DNA of 62,103 nucleotides, filler included. It is 5 parts of 5 records of this genome, joined end to end, with 100 filler letters (N's around TTAATTAATTAA, not from the genome) between each part and the next. Parts side by side here need not be neighbours in the genome. Positions count along the whole stretch, not along the records: positions 44,869 to 56,327 come from DRR723986_18444; positions 56,428 to 62,103 come from DRR723986_18614; 3 more parts are not named here. The stretch is one strand, 5' to 3'. Position 1 is the stretch's first letter. Each line of letters opens with the position of its first letter. Shown here in pieces: positions 51,303 to 61,489 of the stretch. Under the pieces are notes generated by a model that did no database searches, was not told the origin of the DNA, and saw nothing but the letters and a program-made list of their open reading frames with translations. A program made the translations under genes and the position numbers.

Positions 51303-51747
51303 GTGATACCCGTCGTTTCACCGTGCCCCCGTTTGGGGCAGGGTGTTGGTGGAAAACGAAAAAGGTTGAACGGATAAAGAAACTGGAACGCGCCAGTATC
51401 TAAGTGACATTTATCATGTTCGCAAGGTGTTTTTGTGTAAAAAATATACTAACTGATGTCACTTATTTTGCATAAATTACTGTCTGATATGGGAAAAATA
51501 ATAACGCTTTCCGATCAGAAGTATCATAATCAATCAGCGCCCACCGGGCCAGCAGCCCCGGCTTATGCCCATCTGCCCCCTGCCTGTTAAAAGGCAACCC
51601 GCCAGTTCAGCGATACTTGGTTTTGTGAAGACAGCCCCGCCCTTTGCGCCATGTTGGGGCGCATATGCTATTGCCCCCAGGGCCAAGGGGCGCCCTGAAA
51701 TAGGGCCTATAACCTTAGGTATAGGGGTGCGCCCGCGGGCCCGGCGT

Positions 51748-52833
51748 TTATTTTATAATGATCACATTGCGCCGGGCATGGCCTGCCATGGTGTCGGCGA
51801 TGGCCTCGTTCACCTGCTCTAGCGGCCAGCGCCCGGTGATCAGCTCGTCCAGTTTCAGCCGCCCTTGGGTATAGAGATCTACCATCCAGGGGATGTCGCG
51901 CTTGATCACCACATCGCCCATTTTTGAGCCCACGATCGATTGCCCCATATCGGCCATCAGCAAGGGCGAATAGCTGGCCATCTGGCCAAAATGCGGCATG
52001 CCAACCATCACCACCTTGCCACGGTTTGCCAGATAGCGCGGCGCCAGATCGTAAACCGAGGCCACACCCACCGTCACCAGCACCGCATCGGCGCCGCGGC
52101 CCCCAAAGATCTTTTGCGCCTCTTTGAACGGCTTGCCTTCGGCCAATACGCCATGGGTGGCGCCAAATTCTTTTGCGGCCTCCAGCTTGTCGGCATTGGT
52201 GTCAACCGCCACGATACGGGCCGCACCGGCAAGGCGCGCGCCCTGAATGGCGTTCAGCCCCACGCCGCCTGCGCCGATCACCACCACATTCTGGCCGGGG
52301 CGAATATTGGCCGTGTTCACCGCAGCGCCCACCCCGGTGATCACACCGCACGACATCAGCGAGGCGGCATCTTTGGGCATATCGGCCGGGATTTTCACCA
52401 GTTGGCTTTGATCGACCACCACCTTTTCTGCAAAAGCGCCGGTGAACAGTGCCTGCCACATCGCATCACCTTGATCGGTGGCCAGGGGGCTGTTTTTGCC
52501 ATCGCCCGGGTTTTCGCACACCGTTGGGTGCCCCGAGCCGCAGCTGGGGCATTCGCCACAGGCGCGGATCAGCGTAACCGCCACGCTATCGCCCAGGGCC
52601 AGCCCCTTTACGCCTGCGCCCAGGCCGGTGACAATGCCTGCCGCCTCGTGGCCAAAAACCGCCGGCGTGCTGCCGCCAAACCCGCCCTGCCATAGCGAGA
52701 TATCGGAATGGCACACCGCCACTGCCTCGATGCTCACCTCAACCTCGCCTGCCTGTGGCGCGCGCAGATCGACCTCTTCGATGACCATGGGTTCGTTGAA
52801 GGCATGGCATACAGCGGCTTTGATCTTGGTCAT
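51748..52833 (-). CDS. Zn-dependent alcohol dehydrogenase (class III-like MDR)
   Basis: CHSD, GHE, CGEC.SC...C, CGVITG and GAGGVG motifs. Start ATG 52833. Confidence 0.92.
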   Translation of the reverse strand: MTKIKAAVCHAFNEPMVIEEVDLRAPQAGEVEVSIEAVAVCHSDISLWQGGFGGSTPAVFGHEAAGIVTGLGAGVKGLALGDSVAVTLIRACGECPSCGSGHPTVCENPGDGKNSPLATDQGDAMWQALFTGAFAEKVVVDQSQLVKIPADMPKDAASLMSCGVITGVGAAVNTANIRPGQNVVVIGAGGVGLNAIQGARLAGAARIVAVDTNADKLEAAKEFGATHGVLAEGKPFKEAQKIFGGRGADAVLVTVGVASVYDLAPRYLANRGKVVMVGMPHFGQMASYSPLLMADMGQSIVGSKMGDVVIKRDIPWMVDLYTQGRLKLDELITGRWPLEQVNEAIADTMAGHARRNVIIIK

Positions 52834-52930
52834 CTTATGGTCCTTTGTGGCTGGCAATTCTGCGCCAAACCGTAGGGGGGGCAGCCCTGAATGGCAATGC
52901 GTTTGCAGCGGAATTTGCTCTGGCCAACGC

Positions 52931-54394
52931 TTAGCCAAAGCTTAGCAAAAGCACCGACAAAAGGCACAGCATGGCAAAGGCATAGCTGCCGTTCCAGGCC
53001 GGGCCTATCTGGCCGGGGGTGGCGGTGCCCAGCATCCGGGCCGAAAGCCGCACGGCGGTGCTGTAGGGGGTGGTATTCACCGATATTGTCCAGACCGATA
53101 CCAGCATAACCCCCACCGCCACCGGGCTGATGGCCAAAGCCGCCAGCTTTGGCAAGGTGCCGGCCAATATCGTGACCGATACAATGGGGTTTACCCCCAC
53201 CAAGGCCAACCCAACGATCAGCCATGCCGAAATGGCCAGGGTGGCGCCGCTGGACAGGCCGGCTGTGGTAATCGCATGGCCCATCGCATCGGTGTCGATG
53301 ATATGGGCCACCATAACCCCCAAAAAGGCCGAGCAGGCAAACAGCGTGATCTCGGTGCGCATCGTGGGCAGGTTGGGCAAGATTTTATGCCCAATCTCGT
53401 GGCCCACCCGGGCCATTGCGCGGGGCTGGGTGCGCTCTTGCAGCCACAGCCAGCCTGCCGAAATCACCGGCAAGGCCAGCAGCAGCGCCACAATCATGCT
53501 GGTGCCCAAGATCTGCGATAGGCCCAGTGCCAGGCTGGGCACCGCCACTGCCAGCGCCAATAGCGGCACCAAACCGCGCAGCGAGGGGGGATTGCTATGT
53601 GCCGGGGGGGTGCGTTGCGGGTAGGCGTGGCGGTCAAACACCCAGCCAAGCAGCAGAAAACATACCCCAAGCGGGGCAGAATAAATGGCAATCTCGGCCC
53701 ATTTCAGCCCCGGTATCGCGGCGGTGATCAGCGCGATTGTCACGGTGATGGGCGACCACATGGGAATCGAGCAAAACCCGCGGATCATCGCCAATGTCAT
53801 CCGCTTGCGCCGGATCGCGGCAATGCGCTGGTCTTCGGCCGTTGTGCCGGGCGCCACGCCTTTGGCAATCATCGTGCCCAACAGCCCAATGGCGCTTAGG
53901 TTCAGCAGCATGCCAAATAGTGCTGCGCCAAAGGTTAGCACCAAATACCGCCGCCCCGGTGGTTGATGCACCAAAATATGCCCCGAGGTGCGCAGCAGCG
54001 GTGCCCGCCCGGCGGCATGCTGCAAAAAGCTGAGAGAGTTCAGGAAAAACACCATAAACGCAGCGCGATTGATGGCCTGTGCCGTAATATCTGCATCTAA
54101 CCGTGCGGTGGCGGTTTCAAACACCACCAGCGCGATGCATAGCGCCACCAAAAAGCGCGCCATTTTGGACAGGCCACGAAACTCTAACGCGAAAAACGCC
54201 AGCAGGCCCAATGCCTCGGGCCAGATCAAAAACCGCCAATCAGTAAACACCCCACCAATGGCCGCCAGGCTAATACAGATCAGGCACAGCGCCGATAGGC
54301 CGGGCCAAGCTGGTGGCTGTATGTGTGGGGCTTGGGTCGTGGTCATTGCAAAGGGCAGATCTGGCGCCGCGCTGTTTGTGGCGATGTCATCCAA
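52931..54394 (-). CDS. Polytopic membrane protein, putative transporter
   Basis: About 12 hydrophobic segments and a PPGRRY...RGF...WSP motif. Start uncertain (TTG 54394 or ATG 54346). Confidence 0.7.
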   Translation of the reverse strand: MDDIATNSAAPDLPFAMTTTQAPHIQPPAWPGLSALCLICISLAAIGGVFTDWRFLIWPEALGLLAFFALEFRGLSKMARFLVALCIALVVFETATARLDADITAQAINRAAFMVFFLNSLSFLQHAAGRAPLLRTSGHILVHQPPGRRYLVLTFGAALFGMLLNLSAIGLLGTMIAKGVAPGTTAEDQRIAAIRRKRMTLAMIRGFCSIPMWSPITVTIALITAAIPGLKWAEIAIYSAPLGVCFLLLGWVFDRHAYPQRTPPAHSNPPSLRGLVPLLALAVAVPSLALGLSQILGTSMIVALLLALPVISAGWLWLQERTQPRAMARVGHEIGHKILPNLPTMRTEITLFACSAFLGVMVAHIIDTDAMGHAITTAGLSSGATLAISAWLIVGLALVGVNPIVSVTILAGTLPKLAALAISPVAVGVMLVSVWTISVNTTPYSTAVRLSARMLGTATPGQIGPAWNGSYAFAMLCLLSVLLLSFG

Positions 54395-54539
54395 TCTTCT
54401 CCCCGGGTGCCGTGGTGGGCCACGGGCTGTGCGCCTTGGATAAAACCCTAGATAGGCGCGAAATCAGGCGCAAGCGCAATAGCTTGCGCTGTTTGTTAAT
54501 CTGCCCATCATGGCTGGCGCAGGCGGTGGCCGGGCGCGG

Positions 54540-55490
54540 CTAATGGCGCTCGGTTTTGGGCCGTCGCGCCGCTGCATCAGCGCTTGGGGTTTCAAAAAAC
54601 AACAGCAGCAGGGCGGCCACAATGGGCAGCCCCCCCAGCAGCACCATGGGCTGGGGAATGGCATGGCCCATGGCCATTTCGATGATCACCACCCAAACCG
54701 GCGTAAGATAGGTATAGGCGGTTACTTTGGCAGGGCTTAGCCGATCGGCGGCCAGGGTGATCAGGGAAAATGTGCCGATACCTGCAAAAACCGCCAGATA
54801 GATCAGCACCGCCCACACGCGCATCGGCAGGGCTTGCCAATCGGTGGCCCAGATTTGCGGCCAGTAAAGCACCAGCAATATCAGCGCCCCGCTCAGCGCC
54901 ACACCCAGCGTGACCGCGGCCACAGGCTCGGCTCGGCGCAGATATGGCACCATCACCGCATAGGCGGCATGCGAGGCGGTGCCCAGCATGAACAGCATCT
55001 CGCCGGTGCCAAGATGCCAGGCACCCAGCGCCTGTGCCGAGCCGCCAAACACCACCCATAGCGCCCCAAGCGCCCCCAAAACCAATGCCCCCCACACCAG
55101 GCCGCTGCTGTTTTTCCCAAAGAAACCCCACGCCATAAGGGCCGCAAAAAACGGCATCATCGTGAAAATGGCAGAGGTAGACACCGGGTTTGTGCGTTGC
55201 AAAGCGTGAAACATCAAAACGAAAAACCCGGCATAGGCCGCGCCCAGGGGCAAATAGCGCCAGGGTGCCTGGAAATAGTGCCGTTTCAGCCCCCCGCTGG
55301 CTGCCATCCCTGCTGCCAGCAAAACTGCGGCCAGCATAAACCGCACGGCGGTCAGCGCGGCGGGGTCGATATCGTTTGCTATTAATTTCCCCAGCGAATT
55401 CGAGCCGGCAACAAGGGCGGAAAACACCATCATGGCCGCGTGCCCCTGCAGCTTTTCAACATCCCAGTGGGTGGGCATGGGGCCGGGCAT
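54540..55490 (-). CDS. DMT/EamA family transporter
   Basis: Two EamA-like halves and about 10 TMs (DPAALTAVRF; AYTYLTP). Confidence 0.85.
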   Translation of the reverse strand: MPGPMPTHWDVEKLQGHAAMMVFSALVAGSNSLGKLIANDIDPAALTAVRFMLAAVLLAAGMAASGGLKRHYFQAPWRYLPLGAAYAGFFVLMFHALQRTNPVSTSAIFTMMPFFAALMAWGFFGKNSSGLVWGALVLGALGALWVVFGGSAQALGAWHLGTGEMLFMLGTASHAAYAVMVPYLRRAEPVAAVTLGVALSGALILLVLYWPQIWATDWQALPMRVWAVLIYLAVFAGIGTFSLITLAADRLSPAKVTAYTYLTPVWVVIIEMAMGHAIPQPMVLLGGLPIVAALLLLFFETPSADAAARRPKTERH

Positions 55491-55727
55491 GGGGGCTTAA
55501 GCCGCTGTGGGGCTGTGCGGGTAGATCTGCATGGTTTTGCCCCCTTGCATTGCGCGTTTCCTTGGCCCCAGTTGCGCATGATTTAATCAAACGGTCAAAT
55601 AAATTGCAGCCATGGCTGCCACGGCCCCCACCTGGCCTGCGCCCTGGCCAGTTGCGCACTGCCGTTGCGTTTTATTTGCGCAGCCCCGCGGCCCGCACCA
55701 TGCTGTGGAAAATGCAACGAGGCCGCT

Positions 55728-56327
55728 ATGCCCCACACACCCACCCCCACCCCTCCCCACAGCCACTTGCCCACCCACGAGGTGCAAAACCAGCCGGTGC
55801 CCCGTGGCGCGCGCGATTTATGGGCGCAAGACCCGATTTTGCAAAGCTACGCCGCCCATGCCGGCGCCGATCTGGGCCATCTGCGCGGGGCTGGCCGCGC
55901 CTATGGCACGGTTGAGGCGTTGTTTGATGCCGCCGAGGCGCGCCGCGATTTGCCCCGCTTGGTGGCGTTTAACCGCGATGGCACCCGCGCCGACGAGGTG
56001 CATTTCAACGCAGCCTACCACCGGCTGATGGCCTTGGGCGTGGCGCAGGGCTATGCCGCGTTGCCGTGGCGCGATGGCGGCCAAGGGGGGCATGCCACCC
56101 ATGCGGCGCTGGTCTATTTCCAGGCCCAGCTGGAACCGGGCGTGTCGTGCCCGCTAACCATGACCTATGCCGCCATTCCCGCGCTAAATGCCGATGCGGC
56201 GTTGGCTGCGCTGTGGCGGCCAAAGCTGATGTCGCACCATTACGACCCCGCCATCGCCCCGGTTGCGGGCAAGCAAGGCGCCACATTGGGCATGGCGATG
56301 ACCGAAAAACAGGGCGGCTCGGATGTG
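55728..56327 (+). CDS. Acyl-CoA dehydrogenase, AidB-like (3' truncated)
   Basis: THEV.NQP, FNAAYHRLM, CPLTMTYA and GMAMTEKQGGSDV motifs. Confidence 0.9.
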
Positions 56328-56427
56328 NNNNNNNNNNNNNNNNNNNNNNNNNNNNNNNNNNNNNNNNNNNNTTAATTAATTAANNNNNNNNNNNNNNNNN
56401 NNNNNNNNNNNNNNNNNNNNNNNNNNN
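56328..56427. other. Artificial contig linker
   Basis: N44-TTAATTAATTAA-N44. Confidence 0.99.
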
Positions 56428-56428
56428 C

Positions 56429-57076
56429 GCGATCATCGGCCCCAATGGCGCGGGCAAATCCACCATGCTCAAGGCCGCATTGGGCATCATCAAACCGCTG
56501 GCGGGCACAACAACCGTATTTGGCAAACCGGTGGCGCAACAGCGCCAGAAGATCGCCTATGTGCCGCAGCGGGCTTCGGTCGATTGGGATTTCCCAACGC
56601 GGGTGATTGATGTGGTTCTGATGGGGCTTTACCCCAAGCTTGGCTTGCTTGGGCGGGTGCGTGCGGCGCACCGCGAAAAAGCCGAAGATTGCCTCGCCCG
56701 TGTTGGTATGCAGGATTTTGCCACCCGCCAAATTGGCCAGCTGTCCGGGGGGCAACAACAACGTGTTTTCCTCGCCCGTGCCCTGGCGCAGGATGCAGAG
56801 CTGTATCTGCTGGATGAACCTTTTGCCGGTGTCGATGCCGCCACGGAAAAGGCGATCATCGCGGTTTTGAAATCCCTGCGCGATGCGGGCAAGACCGTCG
56901 TGGCGGTGCATCACGACCTCAGCACCGTCGCCGAATATTTTGACAACGTCTTCCTGATCAACACCCGCCGCATAGCCGAGGGCAGCGTGGTCAACACCTT
57001 TGTATCGCGTAACCTGCAAGATGCCTACGGTGGCCGCCTTGCCGGTGCGCAGATGGATGCGCTGGCCCTCTCATGA
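56429..57076 (+). CDS. Mn/Zn/Fe ABC transporter ATP-binding protein (5' truncated)
   Basis: Walker A GPNGAGKST at the contig edge, then YVPQ, LSGGQQQR, LLDEP and HHDL. Confidence 0.93.
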   Translation, partial: AIIGPNGAGKSTMLKAALGIIKPLAGTTTVFGKPVAQQRQKIAYVPQRASVDWDFPTRVIDVVLMGLYPKLGLLGRVRAAHREKAEDCLARVGMQDFATRQIGQLSGGQQQRVFLARALAQDAELYLLDEPFAGVDAATEKAIIAVLKSLRDAGKTVVAVHHDLSTVAEYFDNVFLINTRRIAEGSVVNTFVSRNLQDAYGGRLAGAQMDALALS

Positions 57077-58278
57077 TCTTTGACGCGCTGCTGTTACAGC
57101 TGGGCTATAACGCCACGCTTGTGACCCTTGGTGCGGCCTTGTTGGGCATGGCTGCCGGTGTCGGTGGCACCTTTCTGTTTTTGCGTAAACGTGCCCTCGT
57201 CAGTGACGCGATCAGCCACGCAACGCTGCCGGGTGTGGCGCTGGCGTTTATGGTGATGGTGGCGCTGGGCGGCGATGGGCGTAATCTCATAGGCCTGCTG
57301 TGCGGCGCGGCGATTTCCGCGGCGGCTGGTCTGCTCTTGGTTTCATGGCTCAGCTCCAAGACCCGCCTTGCCGAAGATGCCGCCATCGGGTCTGTGCTGT
57401 CGGTGTTCTTTGGTTTTGGGATTGTCCTGCTGACCGTCATCCAAACCATGACCGCAGGCAGGCAGGCTGGCCTCGAAGGGTTCTTGCTTGGCTCAACCGC
57501 AGGCATGTTGCGCAGTGATGCCTTGGTGATTGCGGTCTCGGCGGCAGTCACGCTGGCGCTGGTGCTGCTGATGCGTCGGCCGCTGACCTTGGCGGCCTTT
57601 GATCCTGAATATGGAACCTCGCTTGGCCAGAACGTGCCGCGCACCGATCTTGCGATGATGGGACTGGTGCTGGCGGTGACGGTTGTGGGCCTCAAGATTG
57701 TGGGCCTTATTCTGATTGTGGCGCTGCTGATCATTCCGCCGGTGACCGCGCGGTTTTGGACAGAACGGACCAATTATGTGGTGCTGATCTCTGGCGTGCT
57801 GGGCGGTTTGTCGGCCTATATCGGTGCGGCGCTTTCGGCGGCGCTGCCGGATGTGCCAACCGGGCCGATCATCGTGCTGGTTGGCTTTGCCCTGTTTGTG
57901 ATCTCGCTGCTGTTGGCCCCCCAACGCGGGCTGGTCTCTGCTGTGACACGTCATTTGCGCTATCAGCGGCAGGTGCATCTGCGACAGGGGTTATTGGCGC
58001 TGGCCCACGGGCAACCGATTTACGAACGTCTGACGCTGCGCCTGTTGCGCAAACGCGGCTGGGCCTTGCCTGACGGCGTTGCCACCGCCGAAGGCAAGGG
58101 GCGTGCGGCCAAGGCGATGCGGGACGAAACCCGCTGGCAGGAGATCCGCCGCGATCCGGCGTTTGAAGTGGCGGCATCCCGCTATGACGGGCTGACCGAA
58201 ATCGAAAGCGTCCTGACCCCGGATCAAATCATCGAAGTGGACCGCCGCATTGGCCGCGCCGGACCGGTGCCCGCATGA
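57073..58278 (+). CDS. Metal ABC transporter permease (TroC/MntC-like, with C-terminal extension)
   Basis: LRKRALVSDAISHATLPG, EDAAIG, FDP and PTGP motifs. Confidence 0.92.
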   Translation: MIFDALLLQLGYNATLVTLGAALLGMAAGVGGTFLFLRKRALVSDAISHATLPGVALAFMVMVALGGDGRNLIGLLCGAAISAAAGLLLVSWLSSKTRLAEDAAIGSVLSVFFGFGIVLLTVIQTMTAGRQAGLEGFLLGSTAGMLRSDALVIAVSAAVTLALVLLMRRPLTLAAFDPEYGTSLGQNVPRTDLAMMGLVLAVTVVGLKIVGLILIVALLIIPPVTARFWTERTNYVVLISGVLGGLSAYIGAALSAALPDVPTGPIIVLVGFALFVISLLLAPQRGLVSAVTRHLRYQRQVHLRQGLLALAHGQPIYERLTLRLLRKRGWALPDGVATAEGKGRAAKAMRDETRWQEIRRDPAFEVAASRYDGLTEIESVLTPDQIIEVDRRIGRAGPVPA

Positions 58279-59204
58279 ACGGGGCGGAGTTTGTTCCCCT
58301 TTCGCTGGTTCCGATGCTGACGGGCATCTTCGTGGCGGTGGCCTGCGCATTGCCGGGCAATTTCCTCGTGTTGCGGCGGCAGGCGTTGATCGGTGATGCG
58401 ATCAGCCATGTCGTGCTGCCAGGCATCGTTGTGGCGTTTCTTGTTACCGGCGTGGTCAGTACTTGGCCAATGTTGCTGGGCGCGGCGGCTGCGGCGGTGG
58501 TTGCGGTTGTCGCGATTGAGGGCGTTCGCCGCCTTGGCCGGATCGAGGCAGGCGCGGCCATGGGCGTGATCTTTACCGCGATGTTTGCGGGCGGTGTTCT
58601 GCTGCTCGAACAATCTGACACATCCTCTGTGCATCTGGATGTCGAACATGCGCTTTACGGCAATCTGGAAAGCCTGATTTGGCTGGACGCGACCGGCTGG
58701 TCCTCCCTTTGGGATTGGCAGGCGCTTAAGGGATTGCCGGTAGAGCTGCCGCGCATGGCGCTGACGCTGGTCGTGGTGGCCGCGTTTATCGCGCTGTTCT
58801 GGCGGCCGCTCAAGATCAGCACTTTTGACGAAGGGTTTGCCCAGACCATCGGTATGCGCACCGGCCCCTTGGGGCTGGCACTGGTGATCATGTCGGCAAT
58901 CGCGGCGGTGGCGGCCTTTGATGCGGTGGGCAGCATTATCGTGATTGCGATGTTCATCTGCCCGCCCGCAGCGGCGCGATTGATGACCAACAGGCTGGAG
59001 CACCAGGTGGCGTGGTCGGTGGCCTTTGCCGTGATCGCGGCGGTGCTGGGCTATGTCATTGCAGGCTACGGGCCACTGTGGATCGGATTGCAGGATTCGG
59101 TCTCGGCGGCTGGCATGATTGCGACCATGTCGGGGATCATCCTAGGGCTTGCCGCCCTGTTTGGCCCGCACCGCCTGCGCGGATCAGCTGCCCCGGTAGG
59201 TTGA
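58275..59204 (+). CDS. Metal ABC transporter permease (TroD/MntD-like)
   Basis: [27 protein letters not shown] and AFDAVGSI motifs. Confidence 0.92.
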   Translation: MNGAEFVPLSLVPMLTGIFVAVACALPGNFLVLRRQALIGDAISHVVLPGIVVAFLVTGVVSTWPMLLGAAAAAVVAVVAIEGVRRLGRIEAGAAMGVIFTAMFAGGVLLLEQSDTSSVHLDVEHALYGNLESLIWLDATGWSSLWDWQALKGLPVELPRMALTLVVVAAFIALFWRPLKISTFDEGFAQTIGMRTGPLGLALVIMSAIAAVAAFDAVGSIIVIAMFICPPAAARLMTNRLEHQVAWSVAFAVIAAVLGYVIAGYGPLWIGLQDSVSAAGMIATMSGIILGLAALFGPHRLRGSAAPVG

Positions 59205-59543
59205 ATAGCCAAAGGGCGACAGCAAAAGCGGCACGTGGTAATGCGCATCACCGTCTGAAATGCCAAAGCGCAGCGGGATCTCATTCAGAAAACGCGGATC
59301 TTCAGCAGGGGTGCCGATACGGTCCAGATAGGCGCCTGCCTCAAACACCAATTCATAGGTTCCGGTGGCAAACTGCCCCTTGGGCAGGATCGGCGCATCG
59401 GTGCGGCCATCTGCATTGGTCTGCATCTGCGCGAGTTTGAGCCGGTTTGTGCCTTCTATCCGGTATAGGGTGATCGTCATCCCCCCGGCGGGCAAACCGC
59501 GTGCGGTGTCGAGCACATGTGTGGTCAGATATCCTTGCGACAT
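59184..59543 (-). CDS. uraH: Hydroxyisourate hydrolase
   Basis: [24 protein letters not shown] and C-terminal YRGS. Start ATG 59543 with RBS AGGAG. Confidence 0.95.
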   Translation of the reverse strand: MSQGYLTTHVLDTARGLPAGGMTITLYRIEGTNRLKLAQMQTNADGRTDAPILPKGQFATGTYELVFEAGAYLDRIGTPAEDPRFLNEIPLRFGISDGDAHYHVPLLLSPFGYSTYRGS

Positions 59544-59775
59544 GGGAACGCTCCTGTTTGTTGCCCCGGAGCGGATGAGGATAGCCGCCCTGCCAGTCAG
59601 GTCAATGCAGGGCGGAAAACCGATTCGCGCACTGATTCGCATGTTTTTTGTAAAGTGATTCGTTTTTGCTTTGACCTGCGAATCATCCCTTGCGTATATG
59701 GAGGCCCACACCACAGTCAGGATCGGCCCATTGCGTGCCGTGACCTGTGGTCAAACGTCTGGGGGGACGACACAC

Positions 59776-59928
59776 ATGAAATATTGGACCGTTCAGGTCA
59801 AATCATTCCGGCAAAGCAGCGGTCAAGCCCGCGCACTGCCAGTGGTGCCGCACTCCCATGCGCCGGGGTTGGCCCCCCGTGGCAGCCTATCCAGCAGTTA
59901 CAGATTGGCCCGCGTCCGATACCGTTAA
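59776..59928 (+). CDS. Putative small protein (50 aa)
   Basis: ATG preceded by GGGGGGA and a sigma70-like promoter at 59671-59700. No recognisable domain. Confidence 0.3.
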   Translation: MKYWTVQVKSFRQSSGQARALPVVPHSHAPGLAPRGSLSSSYRLARVRYR

Positions 59929-60073
59929 ACCAAGAACAAGCGCAGATGCATCAGCCATTCTGGCAACGGGTCGCCCCAACGGGCGGCCCGTTGGCGTTTC
60001 AGCGTGGAAATTGTCCAATTGCAGCGCTTGCTGGATTTGTGCAGGGTGAAGGGCGCGCAAACAGGATGCAGAT

Positions 60074-61489
60074 ATGACCCGCTACCCCAGAGATTTTCGT
60101 GGCCACGGCGCAACGCCGCCCGACGCCGCTTGGCCCGATGACGCCCGGATTGCAGTGCAATTTGTGCTCAATTACGAGGAGGGCGGCGAAAACTGCCTGT
60201 TGCACGGTGATGCGGCATCAGAGGCATTCCTGTCCGAAATTGTCGGCGCGGCCCCCTGGCCCGGCCAGCGCCACTGGAACATGGAAAGCATCTATGACTA
60301 CGGCGCACGGGCGGGGTTCTGGCGCTTGCACCGCTTGTTCACCGGCGCGGATATCCCAGTCACGGTTTACGGCGTCGCCTCTGCTTTGGCCCGCGCCCCC
60401 GAACAGGTCGAGGCGATGAAAGATGCCGGATGGGAAATCGCCAGCCACGGGCTGAAGTGGATCGACTACAAGGACCACAATGTCGCGGATGAACGTGCCG
60501 ACATCGCCGAAGCCATCCGCCTGCATACCGAAGTTGTGGGGGAAGCGCCGAAGGGCTGGTACTGCGGCCGCACATCGGTCAACACCGTGGCCTTGGCAGC
60601 ACAGACAGGCCAGTTCGACTATATCTCAGACACTTATGACGACGATCTGCCCTATTGGACGGAAATCGATGGTCGCGAGCAGTTGATCATCCCCTATACG
60701 CTTGATTGCAACGACATGCGGTTCGCCACACCGCAAGGTTTCAACTCGGGCGACCAGTTCTATGCCTATCTGCGCGATACCTTTGATGCGCTCTATGCCG
60801 AAGGCACCCAAGGTCAGGCCAAAATGATGTCGATTGGTCTGCATTGCCGTTTGATTGGCCGTCCCGGTCGGGTGCAGGCATTGAAACGGTTTGTCGAGTA
60901 TATCAAGGGGTTTGAGGGTGTCTGGACCCCGCGCCGCATTGATGTCGCGGACCACTGGCGGGCGGTGCATCCACCCGCGCCCCGCGGCCTGCGCCCCAGC
61001 CAATTGTCACGCTCTGATTTCGTGGCGGCCTTTGGCGGGATATTCGAACATTCCGCCTGGATCGCCGAACGGGCGTTTGAGCTTGAACTGGGCCCGGCCC
61101 ATGATTGTGCCGCAGGGTTGCACAACGCTTTGGCGCGGATGTTCCGGTCTGCGACCCACAACGAACGCCTTGGCGTGCTGACCGCGCACCCGGATCTTGC
61201 GGGCAAGCTGGCGGCTGCAAAACGGCTGACGGCAGAAAGCACCGCAGAACAGGCCAGCGCAGGATTGGATGCTCTGACTGACGCAGAACGTAGCCGGTTT
61301 GAGGAGTTGAACAGCGCCTATGTGGCCAAACACGGCTTTCCCTTCATCATCGCGGTGAAGGATCACGACAAAGACGGCATTCTGCGCACCTTTGAAACGC
61401 GGATCAGCAATGACACCGACACCGAATTTACCACCGCCTGCAAACAAGTCGAACGCATCGCGCGTCTTCGGCTGGAGGATATGTTTTGA
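60074..61489 (+). CDS. puuE: Allantoinase PuuE fused to OHCU decarboxylase (UraD)
   Basis: RYPRD, VQFVLNYEEGGE, YGARAGFWR and GLHCRLIGRP, plus a C-terminal FEHS.W...AHPDL...EQ..AG...FPFII. Confidence 0.95.
   Translation: MTRYPRDFRGHGATPPDAAWPDDARIAVQFVLNYEEGGENCLLHGDAASEAFLSEIVGAAPWPGQRHWNMESIYDYGARAGFWRLHRLFTGADIPVTVYGVASALARAPEQVEAMKDAGWEIASHGLKWIDYKDHNVADERADIAEAIRLHTEVVGEAPKGWYCGRTSVNTVALAAQTGQFDYISDTYDDDLPYWTEIDGREQLIIPYTLDCNDMRFATPQGFNSGDQFYAYLRDTFDALYAEGTQGQAKMMSIGLHCRLIGRPGRVQALKRFVEYIKGFEGVWTPRRIDVADHWRAVHPPAPRGLRPSQLSRSDFVAAFGGIFEHSAWIAERAFELELGPAHDCAAGLHNALARMFRSATHNERLGVLTAHPDLAGKLAAAKRLTAESTAEQASAGLDALTDAERSRFEELNSAYVAKHGFPFIIAVKDHDKDGILRTFETRISNDTDTEFTTACKQVERIARLRLEDMF

Noticed and set aside
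7215-56427. Four identical TTAATTAATTAA motifs within N runs, and sharp GC shifts that look like genomic islands
   Set aside because: These are artificial contig linkers. The composition shifts reflect different source organisms, so nothing can be inferred across them.
60074-61489. PuuE-UraD fusion as a novelty
   Set aside because: This fusion is already known and common in Alphaproteobacteria.
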